Shown here: one piece after another, positions 1 to 9,459 of the stretch
Numbering within the stretch: the stretch's first letter is position 1
How the letters are laid out: every line of letters starts with the position of its first letter
Source: Candidatus Kaelpia imicola
GTDB taxonomy: Bacteria; Omnitrophota; Gorgyraeia; Kaelpiales; Kaelpiaceae
Assembly (NCBI GenBank): GCA_030765505.1
Contig: JAVCCL010000019.1
Coordinates: 3,516-67,515 of the forward strand
Direction of reading: 5' to 3'
Length of the DNA: 64,000 bases
Position numbers and translations under genes: made by a program
Notes under the pieces: model-generated
Told to the model about the DNA's origin: nothing
The model's input: the letters and a program-made list of their open reading frames with translations, nothing else
Databases searched by the model: none

Positions 1-1344
1 AATCTTTACCCTCTTTCTTTCAAAATATAATCTGTTCACCTCATCTAAGATATCAAGCCTTAGTTGAGTATTCAAACGTGAACGGGTATCAATATCATCC
101 TGGTAATGGTTCCAGATTAAATCTTCTAAATCCCAGGTTAAATCAACGCTCCAATCCCTGGGCCCAACATAAGATTGTCCGCCGCTGCTATAGGTACCAT
201 AGATTGTTTTATCATATCCAAGATCAAGCTGAGGCAGGAGAGCACGATACCGCAAGGAGCGCCTCCAGGCTTTTATCTTCTCAGGATTAACTTCATTATA
301 ATCTAAAGTTGCCTGCTGGACTTCCCGGGCACTGGGCTCAAAAGAGAAAACATTCTCATAGCTTAATTCCAGAAACTCCCGGCTATCCTCTCCCTCCTCA
401 AATAACCCCAGAGCTGTTGCAAGATAGAGCTTACCTTTCTTATCCATCGTGAGCATATTGATGCTCTCTGTAGGCAAACCCTCATAGACCTTGATAGCCT
501 TCTTTCTTCCCAGATAGACCTTAAAGAAACCTCTATCAGTTCCAAGATAGATGAGATCTCCTGAGTTATCGTCTTGAAGTATAGAATTAATCTTTACGCT
601 GCCTAATCCTTGAATATAGGCCTTTTTAAAACCAGAACCGTAATCACTGGATATAAATAGGCCTGCAGTTGTACCAAGATAGACCACACTAGGGTCCTTA
701 GCACTAACTGTTACAACCCTTGGAACATAGGATAGGCCTTCCTCTACCTCTTCCTCCTCTTCTATGCTCTTGTCCTTTCTGGGAGTTATAAAAGTCCTCT
801 GGAATCTATTGAAATCCTCGCTTTTGTAAAGCCCCATATCCGTTGCCAGATAGAGATAGGGCTTCATATAGTCTATCCAGTAGACCTCTATATCATTAGG
901 CAAAGCAGCAACTTTCTTAAAGTCATAGATACCATCCTCACCTATATATAATCCGGAAGAGGTTCCCAGCAAGAGTTTATTATCTTCTCTTTTAAAAGAG
1001 AGGCATTTTATATCTTTGCCCTGGCTGCGAAAAAGATAATCAACCCTATTAGAGTCTCTTGCCGAGAGCAATCCCGCGTCAGTTGCAATATATAGGAGTT
1101 CATAATCTAGAGGGTCGGGATAGACAAAGTTTATCCCGCCTTCCTTAACCTTGTAGATAAACCTCCACTCTCTATTCTCCAGCTTGTATAGAGAGTCGCT
1201 TGAGGCAAGATATAGAATATTGTTGTCTAAGGGGTGGACTACGACAAACCTGCAATCTGCTTCGGTCAAACCTTCGATTCTAGTGAACTCCGCCCAAGAG
1301 GTAAAAGAAAAAGCTAAAACGAGAAATAGTAATAAGTGTCTCAT
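1..1344 (-). CDS. Secreted beta-propeller repeat protein (two-component-regulator-propeller-like); partial, C-terminus lies beyond the window start
   Basis: An open minus-strand frame runs from ATG (revcomp of cat at about 1342-1344) to position 1 with no stop. It is missing from the ORF track because it is truncated. N-terminal signal peptide MRHLLLFLVLAFSFTSWA, then repeated YxxLYIATDxGLY-type propeller motifs. A consensus-like RBS lies upstream. It overlaps the spurious plus-strand ORFs 78..290 and 1184..1366. Confidence 0.45.
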   Translation of the reverse strand, partial: MRHLLLFLVLAFSFTSWAEFTRIEGLTEADCRFVVVHPLDNNILYLASSDSLYKLENREWRFIYKVKEGGINFVYPDPLDYELLYIATDAGLLSARDSNRVDYLFRSQGKDIKCLSFKREDNKLLLGTSSGLYIGEDGIYDFKKVAALPNDIEVYWIDYMKPYLYLATDMGLYKSEDFNRFQRTFITPRKDKSIEEEEEVEEGLSYVPRVVTVSAKDPSVVYLGTTAGLFISSDYGSGFKKAYIQGLGSVKINSILQDDNSGDLIYLGTDRGFFKVYLGRKKAIKVYEGLPTESINMLTMDKKGKLYLATALGLFEEGEDSREFLELSYENVFSFEPSAREVQQATLDYNEVNPEKIKAWRRSLRYRALLPQLDLGYDKTIYGTYSSGGQSYVGPRDWSVDLTWDLEDLIWNHYQDDIDTRSRLNTQLRLDILDEVNRLYFERKRVKI

Positions 1345-1362
1345 TTTAAACCTCCTTGTTCT

Positions 1363-2115
1363 TTAAGTTTTTCTTTTTAGCTCCTTATACTTAATTAAAC
1401 TTAAAAACTGATAAAGGGATGCAAAATAGGCCAGCACAAAACCATAGAAACCATCGCGGAAACCCTGTTTCCTAAAATAGCTTCTCAAAAATCTATCTAT
1501 ACCTCTTCTTAAAAATCTGAAAGTTTTTATCTCTTTACCCTGATCAATCCATTTCTGAACTTCAAGGGTTGTCTGGCTGTTTAGCTTATTTATGAAATCT
1601 GTAATATCGCGGTAAGAGTAATGTATGATATCTGATTTTAGATGGGCCAGATCACCATCCACAAAGGATACCGGGTGAACATGTGCCTCCTCCCACCTGA
1701 ACTTATCCTTTAAGAACAGCTTAAGCTGGGGTGAAGGATACCAACCGCCGTATTTAACCCAGTAGTTAGCGATATAATTACGCCTCGGGACAGAACATGC
1801 CGCGGCTTTAGGTGAAGATCCCAAAAACTCTGCTATCTCTTTCTTTAATTCCTCTGTGACCCTCTCATCAGCATCGAGGCTTAAGACCCACTTATTTTTG
1901 GCCTGCTGATAGGCCCAGTTCCTATGCCGGCCTTCAATATCCATTTTACGCAACAGAATCTTATCTGTATATTCTAAGGCAATATCTCTTGTTCTATCAC
2001 TGCTATTATCGTCAACGATAACAATCTCATCTGCCCAGCCTCTAACAGATTTAATACACTCCTTAATATTCCTCTCTTCATTCTTTGTAATAATGACTAC
2101 AGATAGAGCAACCAT
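1363..2115 (-). CDS. Family 2 glycosyltransferase
   Basis: N-terminal VVIITKNEERNI...VIVDDNSSDRT...SLDADE motif set, typical of the GT2 (GT-A) DxD fold. 250 aa. ATG at 2113-2115 and stop at 1363-1365 verified. Confidence 0.85.
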   Translation of the reverse strand: MVALSVVIITKNEERNIKECIKSVRGWADEIVIVDDNSSDRTRDIALEYTDKILLRKMDIEGRHRNWAYQQAKNKWVLSLDADERVTEELKKEIAEFLGSSPKAAACSVPRRNYIANYWVKYGGWYPSPQLKLFLKDKFRWEEAHVHPVSFVDGDLAHLKSDIIHYSYRDITDFINKLNSQTTLEVQKWIDQGKEIKTFRFLRRGIDRFLRSYFRKQGFRDGFYGFVLAYFASLYQFLSLIKYKELKRKT

Positions 2116-2187
2116 AATATCTCCTTGTCGTTTTGAACAGATAAATCATAGCTTTAAATATAGGCTTTGTCAAAAAACTTATATTTA

Positions 2188-2385
2188 CTAATCATCTTTG
2201 ATGCGCTCACGCATCTTATCAATTCCCTCTAGAGCTTTAGGCTCATCAGGCGATATCATATAGGCCTTAAGATAATTTTGCAGAACTTCGCTATCGCGAC
2301 CTATGGAAGCCATAATACCTGCACAGTTAAGATAATATTGCATATTGGTGTAGGAGTTTTGTAGTATTGTAAAAACGGCTAACAA
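2188..2385 (-). CDS. Small hypothetical ORF (65 aa), possibly a TPR-like gene remnant
   Basis: The only ORF in the 330-bp gap between the GT2 gene and the glycoside-hydrolase-like gene. No recognisable domain and no clear RBS. Confidence 0.2.
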   Translation of the reverse strand: MLAVFTILQNSYTNMQYYLNCAGIMASIGRDSEVLQNYLKAYMISPDEPKALEGIDKMRERIKDD

Positions 2386-2448
2386 AAAAGTACAACAATA
2401 TTTTTAAATCTAGGTTCTGTTAAAAGATATGACTTTATCAATCTATAT

Positions 2449-4995
2449 TTACTCTTTCCTCAGTTTAAGCTCTGCAAGTTCAAACCCATCTTTACACCCT
2501 TGATCATAGCAAGGTATAAAGAACAGATTATATTTACATTTAGGCGTATTATCATTTTTGTCAAAATCGTTGACCGCTATTGAGAAGCCTATTTTTAGTC
2601 CCGGCTCGGGTTCAATGCCTAAAATCTCAAAAGGTATCGCAATCTCAAGAATATATCCCGACTCTGTAATCTTAGATTTTAACTCTATCTCTTCAAACAC
2701 TCTGTTCTGGAACCAGGCATAATGCAAAGACTCCTTTCTACTCCCGGAGGGTGCAAAACCAAACTGAAACTGTTTTTTATTGCCCCAGTAAAGATTCTTG
2801 TTCTCAGGCGTAATATATACTTCTATGCTGTCTTGCTTATAGATTTTATCTGGAATATCTTCTACCAAAACCTCATTATCCGTCACCTCAACCCAGAGAT
2901 ATAGAGACTCTTCATCCCAGCCCAGGCTAAACTCAGAAGCCAAATCATCAGGATATCGTGTAACAGCTCCATGCTCTATTGTCTCGCTGGCTTTTAAAGC
3001 GTAATCATAATCCCCGGCCTTAAAGACCCGCCTATAGTCAACGCTGATAAGGGGCTTTTCGTCCGGCCTAAGCTTCATTGTCCCGGATTTAAACCCTGCC
3101 CTATTCATGGCTTCGTTGATATATTTGTTAGACATAAAATAGTCCCAAACAGAACCTGTCAGATAGTTTTCAATCATAAGCAGCATCGGGCCCTGGTCTA
3201 TCCCAATGACAATATCTGAATACCAATCTTTGTCCCGGTTCAAACTATCGGAAAAACCATATCTACCCCAAACGTAGTCTTTGTAGTGATTATACATCCA
3301 GCGCAATGCAGTTATTGTCTCTTGCGGGGCAAAAGGAATTGAACCTCCCAGAGCCGTAAAAGCAACAGTCCCATCATAATAAGCATAACCCGGAGGAGCA
3401 CCGTAAGCACGGTAACCGGCCGGGGATTCACAGGCAGTAAGCCCCCATGAGTTTTCGTTAAAAGTCATAGAGTTAGACCTATTGTTGATGCAAAACTCCC
3501 TGTTGGCCAAAGCTGCATTAACAGAAGATTGAAAATAATCCGCATAGTTGTCATGCTTATCTCTAAAATCGACCCAGATATGTGAATACTGATGAGTAAA
3601 CATAGGCGGTGAAACTAAGCAAGTATAACCTTCGTAGCTCCAAATAGGCCTTCTTATTTCATCCCATACCTCAGGAGAGATTGGGTGAGTAGGAGACCCT
3701 ATTGCAAAAAGGTACATCAATAACTGTTCACCATATCTGTTCCATCTATCCGGCAAAAATCCTGTCTCAGGCATCCAGCCCATACACAGAGTATCGCCTT
3801 GGGCCATCATCCAGTCCCACTCCACCCTTTCATAAAGGTCCTCCGCCAGCTCTCTAACCTTAGAGCCGAAATATTCCCCTGCGGTTATAGCGCCTGCTAA
3901 AAAAAGAGCGGTATCGATTGAAGATAGTTCGCAGTTCCAGACTCTCTTACCGCTATCCATACTTACAAAGTGATAGAAGAATCCATGGACATTTTCCAAC
4001 TTATCTCTAAAATAAAAGAGCGTATTTAAAACTCTCTCTAAAGCCTTCTCTTTACTGATCCATCCTTTTTCAACTGCAATAGGATATGAACTCAAGGCAA
4101 AACCAACTGCAGCAATAGAGGCTACCTTAAAATTGTCATCTTTAAAGTTATCTGCCTTATCTCTGATGAGACCTGTGTCTGGATTAGCTTCGCGCCAAAA
4201 ATAACCAAAAGCTTTTCTTTGAATTAATTCCAGAAACTGTTTATCTGATAGGCGTGATATATCCGGTTTTGGAATTCTTTCCCGGGCAGTAGGAAATAGG
4301 GTAGAACAAGAATCGCCTAAATTCTTAGCTGCTGTAAAGTAAATATCGTCTATATATATTGTTCCTTCTTTCTGGGTTGCTTTCCAATCTTCAAAGACTA
4401 TGACCAGTTTTCTCATACTATCCCACTCTGAGATGCCTACAAACTGATCTAAGTCTATCAGATACTCTTGCCAGCTATCGCTGAGACCTGTTATATAATA
4501 GGCGCCTCTCCTGCCTTGAGAGCTCTGAACCTCTATCTTAAAATCTTTCGTATAGCCCCTATCTGTATCTCCTTTAGCCCAGATGACTAGCTGCTTATAC
4601 TTGCTTAAATCGGCAGCTCCAAGATCAAACCAGACACCATTGAAAGCTGAAGACGGAGAGTCAACATCGTAATCTATTCTCAAGGAATATCCCCTGCTGC
4701 CTACATAGGTTAGAGGCGAGAAAGAGTCATAACAGCTTTGAGAATAATCGTTGGGGGCTTTATCCCAGGCACCAAACTCACCCAGGTTGGTCTTGTTCTC
4801 TTTTTCGTTAAAATGGCTTAGGAGAAATACCTCCGGAACTTCTGCCTGAGGTATCAGTTTTAGATCTTTTAAGAACTCCTGGCAGGCCAACTCTTGCTTC
4901 TCTCTGAGATGTTTAACTCTAAGATATCTATTCGCAGAAAATGCGGCTATTAAAATCGCAAGGATTAGAGCTGCTGCTAAAGAAACTTTCCTCAT
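2449..4995 (-). CDS. Secreted multidomain glycoside-hydrolase-like protein: N-terminal CIA30/CBM11-like beta-sandwich, central (alpha/alpha)6-barrel glucoamylase/GH144-like region, C-terminal CBM9-like domain
   Basis: Signal peptide MRKVSLAAALILAILIAAFSA. Residues about 70-220 are paralogous to the stand-alone protein at 5070..5645. The central region (FGYFWREANPDTGLIRDKADN...WNCELSSIDTALFLAG) resembles putative glucoamylase/beta-1,2-glucanase alpha-barrel families. The C-terminus (DEESLYLWVEVTDNEVLVEDIPDKIYKQDSIEVYI) matches the CBM9/DOMON-like pattern. Exact GH family is not assignable by eye. Confidence 0.7.
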   Translation of the reverse strand: MRKVSLAAALILAILIAAFSANRYLRVKHLREKQELACQEFLKDLKLIPQAEVPEVFLLSHFNEKENKTNLGEFGAWDKAPNDYSQSCYDSFSPLTYVGSRGYSLRIDYDVDSPSSAFNGVWFDLGAADLSKYKQLVIWAKGDTDRGYTKDFKIEVQSSQGRRGAYYITGLSDSWQEYLIDLDQFVGISEWDSMRKLVIVFEDWKATQKEGTIYIDDIYFTAAKNLGDSCSTLFPTARERIPKPDISRLSDKQFLELIQRKAFGYFWREANPDTGLIRDKADNFKDDNFKVASIAAVGFALSSYPIAVEKGWISKEKALERVLNTLFYFRDKLENVHGFFYHFVSMDSGKRVWNCELSSIDTALFLAGAITAGEYFGSKVRELAEDLYERVEWDWMMAQGDTLCMGWMPETGFLPDRWNRYGEQLLMYLFAIGSPTHPISPEVWDEIRRPIWSYEGYTCLVSPPMFTHQYSHIWVDFRDKHDNYADYFQSSVNAALANREFCINNRSNSMTFNENSWGLTACESPAGYRAYGAPPGYAYYDGTVAFTALGGSIPFAPQETITALRWMYNHYKDYVWGRYGFSDSLNRDKDWYSDIVIGIDQGPMLLMIENYLTGSVWDYFMSNKYINEAMNRAGFKSGTMKLRPDEKPLISVDYRRVFKAGDYDYALKASETIEHGAVTRYPDDLASEFSLGWDEESLYLWVEVTDNEVLVEDIPDKIYKQDSIEVYITPENKNLYWGNKKQFQFGFAPSGSRKESLHYAWFQNRVFEEIELKSKITESGYILEIAIPFEILGIEPEPGLKIGFSIAVNDFDKNDNTPKCKYNLFFIPCYDQGCKDGFELAELKLRKE

Positions 4996-5069
4996 CTATA
5001 AAACTTTCGATTTGTATAAAGGCGGAGCATGTTTTCACTCCGCCTTGATAGATTAATTACAACTTCCTG

Positions 5070-5645
5070 TTATTCAAATGTAATATCATCAAAATAGACA
5101 GTTCCCTCTTTTACTGCACATCTCCAATCCTCAAAGACTATAACGAACTCGTCCATATTAGAGAAGTCGGATATCCCTGCTACTTTTACAAGAGGAACCA
5201 CTATCTTCTGCCACTGGTTTGTAATGCCCGTGACATAATATTTTCCTACCTCACCCCTGTTGTTTTTCATCTCGATCTTAAAGAGAGGAGAGAACCCTCT
5301 ATTCTTGTCGCCCTTTACCCAGATAACAAAGTTTGCATATCCAGATACATCAGAACCATTCAGCTTCATCCAGAAACCGTTATAGGCTGGATTCGGAGAG
5401 TCAACATCGTAATCCAATCTCATGCAGAAACCTTTCCCGTCTCTGGTCTCACTATTGTTAAAACTCTCTATAGCTGTCTGAGAGAAATCCATTGGATCTC
5501 TATCCCAAGCGCCGAAATCACCGCCGATATTGTTTGGCTTTACACCCGAATCAAAATCGGCAACCAGAAGAGCCTCCTTTGCAAAAGAAGCTGCCGCAAC
5601 TACAAAGAGAGCCACTAACATAAAATAGCCAGCTTTCTTCATCAT
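5070..5645 (-). CDS. Secreted CIA30/CBM11-like beta-sandwich domain protein
   Basis: The ORF track gives 5070..5708 from a TTG. I move the start to the in-frame MMKKAGYF... (about 5645), which follows a strong AGGAGGTG RBS and begins a signal peptide. About 50% identical over about 150 aa to the N-terminal domain of the 2449..4995 protein. Confidence 0.6.
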   Translation of the reverse strand: MMKKAGYFMLVALFVVAAASFAKEALLVADFDSGVKPNNIGGDFGAWDRDPMDFSQTAIESFNNSETRDGKGFCMRLDYDVDSPNPAYNGFWMKLNGSDVSGYANFVIWVKGDKNRGFSPLFKIEMKNNRGEVGKYYVTGITNQWQKIVVPLVKVAGISDFSNMDEFVIVFEDWRCAVKEGTVYFDDITFE

Positions 5646-5714
5646 CCCACCTCCTTTTTTTGTTTTTTGAATCTTCTCATTTATGCCATATAAAGTATCT
5701 TTTGTCAAGTTTTC

Positions 5715-6908
5715 TTAAACCATTAAATAAGTAAAGATATGCTGAATTACAAGGCTTACTGCACCTAAAGCTACAGAGTTTTCGCCCAGCTGAGTAGGTA
5801 CAATCCTCACCTGACCGCCTATCTCTTCAAAAGTCTTTTCTCTAACAACTTTTTTAATTGCATCAAGCAGTACAGAGCCGGCTCTTTCAATACCGCCGCC
5901 TATTACAACTACCTCGGGGTTGAATATCTGAATAAGGTAGGCAATCCTTACGCCTAACTCCTCACCTGCCTCTTTTACCAGGCTTGCTGCAAGTTTATCT
6001 CCAGCTCTTACAGCTTCAATGATAGATTTAAAATCTATTTTAGAGCTATCTCCTCCGGCTAACTCCAGAATCTTAGAATCGCTGCTCTCTTTTACCCTCT
6101 CTACTGCAGAGGCTTTAAGACCCAAATCAGCCTCCCAGCGATCTAAACCTCTCCAGCGGCTCTTCTCTTCTTCTCTTAAAGTAGGTAAACCCAATTCTCC
6201 AGCACAGCCGCCAGCACCTCCATAGATTTGACCATTAATAACTATACCGCAGCCAACTCCGGAGTACATAAAGATAAGATTTTTGATATCGCTTTCAAGC
6301 TCAAACTCCCTCTCTCCAAGAGCAGCAACAGTTGCATCGTTCTCTACAAAGACAGGGATCTGAAACTTCTGCTCCAGCATATTCTTTAAAGTGGATATAT
6401 ATATGCTGCCCATCTGCTGGGGCCAGCGTATCGTACCCCCTTTTCTATCTACAATACCCGGTATACCTATACCGATACCTTTTATCCGGTCTCTCTCAAC
6501 GTCAACTTTGGATATTATTTCTCCAATAAGATCTGACATTGCATCTATCATAGTATTCTCAGTACCTTCAGGCCGACTCTTCTTTACTTTGACCAAAACA
6601 TTTGCTTTTAAATCAGAGACAACACCTATAATATTAAGAAGGTCCAAGCCTATTCCTATTATATAGGCAGCCTTTGGGTTTAATTCTAAGACAACCGGCC
6701 TTCTGCCTCCCGTTGAAACATCAAGACCGCCTTCTATAACAAAACCTTTTTGAATATAGGTATTAACATAATTAGATACCGTAACAATATTTAACTCTGT
6801 CTCCTTAGATATCTCTGTGCGAGTAATAGGCCCTTTTCTGCGAATTAGATCGAGGATTGAAAAATTTTTTCGCTCCCTGTCCGTTAAAACCTCTGTTGCT
6901 TCTACCAT
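5715..6908 (-). CDS. ROK-family transcriptional regulator (NagC/XylR-like)
   Basis: N-terminal wHTH (ILDLIRRKGPITRTEISKETELNIVTVSNYV), then a ROK sugar-kinase-like fold with glycine-rich motifs (IGIGLDL..., GIGIGIPG). Confidence 0.85.
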   Translation of the reverse strand: MVEATEVLTDRERKNFSILDLIRRKGPITRTEISKETELNIVTVSNYVNTYIQKGFVIEGGLDVSTGGRRPVVLELNPKAAYIIGIGLDLLNIIGVVSDLKANVLVKVKKSRPEGTENTMIDAMSDLIGEIISKVDVERDRIKGIGIGIPGIVDRKGGTIRWPQQMGSIYISTLKNMLEQKFQIPVFVENDATVAALGEREFELESDIKNLIFMYSGVGCGIVINGQIYGGAGGCAGELGLPTLREEEKSRWRGLDRWEADLGLKASAVERVKESSDSKILELAGGDSSKIDFKSIIEAVRAGDKLAASLVKEAGEELGVRIAYLIQIFNPEVVVIGGGIERAGSVLLDAIKKVVREKTFEEIGGQVRIVPTQLGENSVALGAVSLVIQHIFTYLMV

Positions 6909-6926
6909 ATCTGCCTCCTTTAATAA

Positions 6927-8195
6927 TTACTCCCTAAGGAGCTTGTTGCCTGCTTCTACGATCTCAGGCAAAATATTATCTAATTCAGCCTGACCGTTAA
7001 AAAACAGATCCAATTTAGGTTTAATATACAACTCTTCTATCTCTCTCCAGTTAGGACTAAACGGGGGAAAGACTACGCTCTCAACTGCTTCATTAAGCAT
7101 TTTTTTATTCAGCGGCTTCTCCTTGCTCTGAGCCCAATAAGGGCCCTGGGCAACAGATATTCTGCTTGGCTGCGCCAATCCTATAGAAGCGATACGCTCC
7201 ATAGTTCGAGCGGAGGTCAAAGCCTTTATTACCTCCCAGGCAAGCTCAGGATTGCTGGATTTTTTCAATATGCAATATGCTGTTCCCCCTGTTGCAATCT
7301 GCCGTATATTTTGAGGGCTTTTAGGAAATACCGCTATATCCCAATCAAAGCTCTCTATATTCTGTAATGCCGGAGTCTCCCATATCCCCGACCCTAACAT
7401 CGCAAGACGTCCGGTCATAAACATCATCTGTACACCCATACCCATATTTATAAGAGCAGAGGGGGTTGGAGATACTCTATGTTTCAAAATAAGATCTCTA
7501 TAAAACTCCAGCCCTTCTCGCGATGCTTGAGTATTCAACTTTATAGAGCTAGGAGTCTTAACATTATCTACAAGTCTGCCGCCATTAGCTAAAACAAAAT
7601 TCTGCCAGGCCCAAGTATAAAATCCATATCTCTTAATCTTGCCTTTTTCACCTCTTTCGGTAAGGCACTTTGCAGTCTCAAGAAGAGCATCCCAATCCCA
7701 GTCATCATCGGGGTAGGGAATATTATGTTGGTCAAAGATGTTCTTATTGTAATATACACAGGCAAAAGGAGCGATATCTCTTGGTATACCGTAAACATCG
7801 CCTTCAATAGTGAAATGTTCAATGATAGGCGAGAAAAAATCATTTAATACAAAACTCTTATCGTTTTCTACAAAAGGAGTAAGGTTTAAGAAAACACCTT
7901 TAGAGTAAAAATTTGTAAAAAGTCCTACCTCTGCAGCTATGATATCAGGTGAATCTCCTCCTGCTATCCTAGTTAGAATCTTGCTGCTATACCCTCCGTA
8001 AGGAGTATGCTCTAAGGCAACCTTTATTTTAGGATGGTCTCTCTGCCATTCTTCAATAACAGATGTGATTATCCTGACCTCTTCCGGAGAACCCCAAAAA
8101 GCAAAGCGCACCTTATTACTATCTGAAGTTGGACACTTCCCGCAGCCCCATATCAATACGGATATTAAGATTAAAATACTTTTTGCAATCTTCAT
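6927..8195 (-). CDS. ABC transporter sugar-binding lipoprotein (solute-binding protein family 1); no permease or ATPase genes adjacent
   Basis: Lipoprotein signal MKIAKSILILISVLIWGCG. Overall MalE/extracellular solute-binding protein 1 architecture. 422 aa. Confidence 0.7.
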   Translation of the reverse strand: MKIAKSILILISVLIWGCGKCPTSDSNKVRFAFWGSPEEVRIITSVIEEWQRDHPKIKVALEHTPYGGYSSKILTRIAGGDSPDIIAAEVGLFTNFYSKGVFLNLTPFVENDKSFVLNDFFSPIIEHFTIEGDVYGIPRDIAPFACVYYNKNIFDQHNIPYPDDDWDWDALLETAKCLTERGEKGKIKRYGFYTWAWQNFVLANGGRLVDNVKTPSSIKLNTQASREGLEFYRDLILKHRVSPTPSALINMGMGVQMMFMTGRLAMLGSGIWETPALQNIESFDWDIAVFPKSPQNIRQIATGGTAYCILKKSSNPELAWEVIKALTSARTMERIASIGLAQPSRISVAQGPYWAQSKEKPLNKKMLNEAVESVVFPPFSPNWREIEELYIKPKLDLFFNGQAELDNILPEIVEAGNKLLRE

Positions 8196-8271
8196 AATAA
8201 ACTTATTAAGAGCATTGTTTAAATTTTAAAACAACTCTTCACAATTGTCAACATATTTAGAACTAGGAAAA

Positions 8272-9459
8272 TTAATTGCCTGGAAACTCTACAACATCGT
8301 TTTTAACCACAGACTCTTGAGGTAAACTCAGAAGGATCTCCGTTGCGGAAGTTACCTCTCTAACTTCATTTACTTTGAGTTTTGCAATCAACTTACCCTC
8401 TCTATAAATAAAGCACTCCATCCCTTCTTCTACGCCATCTCTTCTGCCGCGGTCAATTACTATAAAACCTTCTGCTGCGTTAACAGTAACTACCTTGGCT
8501 TGAATACTATCATCCCCCACCTCTATTCTGGGCAATTCAACCGCAGTCTCTTGATCGTTGTAACTCATTTTCTTTATCTTTTTAAGAGCTATTTCAAGAG
8601 ACTGTTTTAGACGTGTAGCCTCAAGCATCTTATCTTCTAAAATCTGACTGGCGTAACTTACCCGCTTTTCGAACCTATCCTTGCTCTGTTCTTCTTTAAG
8701 CATCTTCTGCTTAAAATCATCCAGCCTTTTTTCAGTAGCTATTTTGTCTCCCTGAGCCTGTTCTAACTGAAGAGCTAAAGCACGCTTATCCCGCTCCAAC
8801 CTTTCCAGACCTCTTATAGATTCTAATCTCTCTTCTCTCTCTTGCTCCAGCGATCGGGAAAAAGAAGAGACCATACCTCTAGTCTCAACCAATCTCTCCT
8901 CCAGTCTTCTCTTCTCATCCAGAAGCTCTCCTGTAAGCTGATCCAATCGCACTCTCTCGCTTTCAAATCTTAATATCTCTCCGTCTCTTTTCTCAAGCAG
9001 CTTCTTAAGATTGCTAAATTTTAGTTCTAAAGAGGTCTTCTCCCGCAGGAGATTAGACCAAAAATCATCTCCCCTGCTATCCTCCGTTTTGACTCTTTTG
9101 GTCAATCTCTCTTTTAGATTCTCTCTCTCTCCAATCAACCTGGCAACTTCATCTCTCAGTCTGTTGTTCTCATTGGCCAACTCTTTAAGTTCTTCCTCTG
9201 TTAAAAGCCTGCTATCTTCTAGCCTAGTCATCTGGCTTCTGTAGGTTATTAATCGGGTTTTAATATCTTCTACCTCTATCTTAAATTTATCTATTTCAAA
9301 CTCTAAGTCTCTGTTCTTTTGATGCCAGAGCGCCCTCTCTTCTATATAACTGGAATATATCTTTCTATTCTCCGTACCTAACCAGAAAGCGGATATCAGG
9401 GAGAGTGTTGTTAGGACTATCACTGTTGAATATATAACTATCTTTATATTGTCACTCAT
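8272..9459 (-). CDS. Membrane-anchored coiled-coil protein with a C-terminal small beta-domain; translationally coupled to the upstream RND gene
   Basis: N-terminal transmembrane helix (IVIYSTVIVLTTLSLISAFWLG). About 280 aa of heptad-rich charged coiled coil (RLEE/ERLE repeats). C-terminal about 70 aa (VVTVNAAEGFIVIDRGRRDGVEEGMECFIYREGKLIAKLKV) are homologous to the C-terminus of the outer-membrane factor at 17240..19507. Its start ATG (9457-9459) overlaps the RND stop TGA (9456-9458) as ATGA. Confidence 0.6.
   Translation of the reverse strand: MSDNIKIVIYSTVIVLTTLSLISAFWLGTENRKIYSSYIEERALWHQKNRDLEFEIDKFKIEVEDIKTRLITYRSQMTRLEDSRLLTEEELKELANENNRLRDEVARLIGERENLKERLTKRVKTEDSRGDDFWSNLLREKTSLELKFSNLKKLLEKRDGEILRFESERVRLDQLTGELLDEKRRLEERLVETRGMVSSFSRSLEQEREERLESIRGLERLERDKRALALQLEQAQGDKIATEKRLDDFKQKMLKEEQSKDRFEKRVSYASQILEDKMLEATRLKQSLEIALKKIKKMSYNDQETAVELPRIEVGDDSIQAKVVTVNAAEGFIVIDRGRRDGVEEGMECFIYREGKLIAKLKVNEVREVTSATEILLSLPQESVVKNDVVEFPGN

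Noticed and set aside
78-290. Plus-strand 70-aa ORF at the window start (also 363..545 - and 1184..1366 +)
   Set aside because: They lie inside or antisense to the long open minus-strand frame 1..1344, which has a signal peptide, an RBS and propeller repeats. The short ORFs have no RBS and are low-complexity.
5646-5708. TTG start at 5708 for the CIA30-like gene (track: MTKDTLYGINEK...)
   Set aside because: The in-frame ATG-ATG about 63 nt downstream follows a strong AGGAGGTG RBS and begins a clean signal peptide. My by-eye indexing in this stretch also disagreed with the track by about 1 nt, so exact coordinates here are uncertain.
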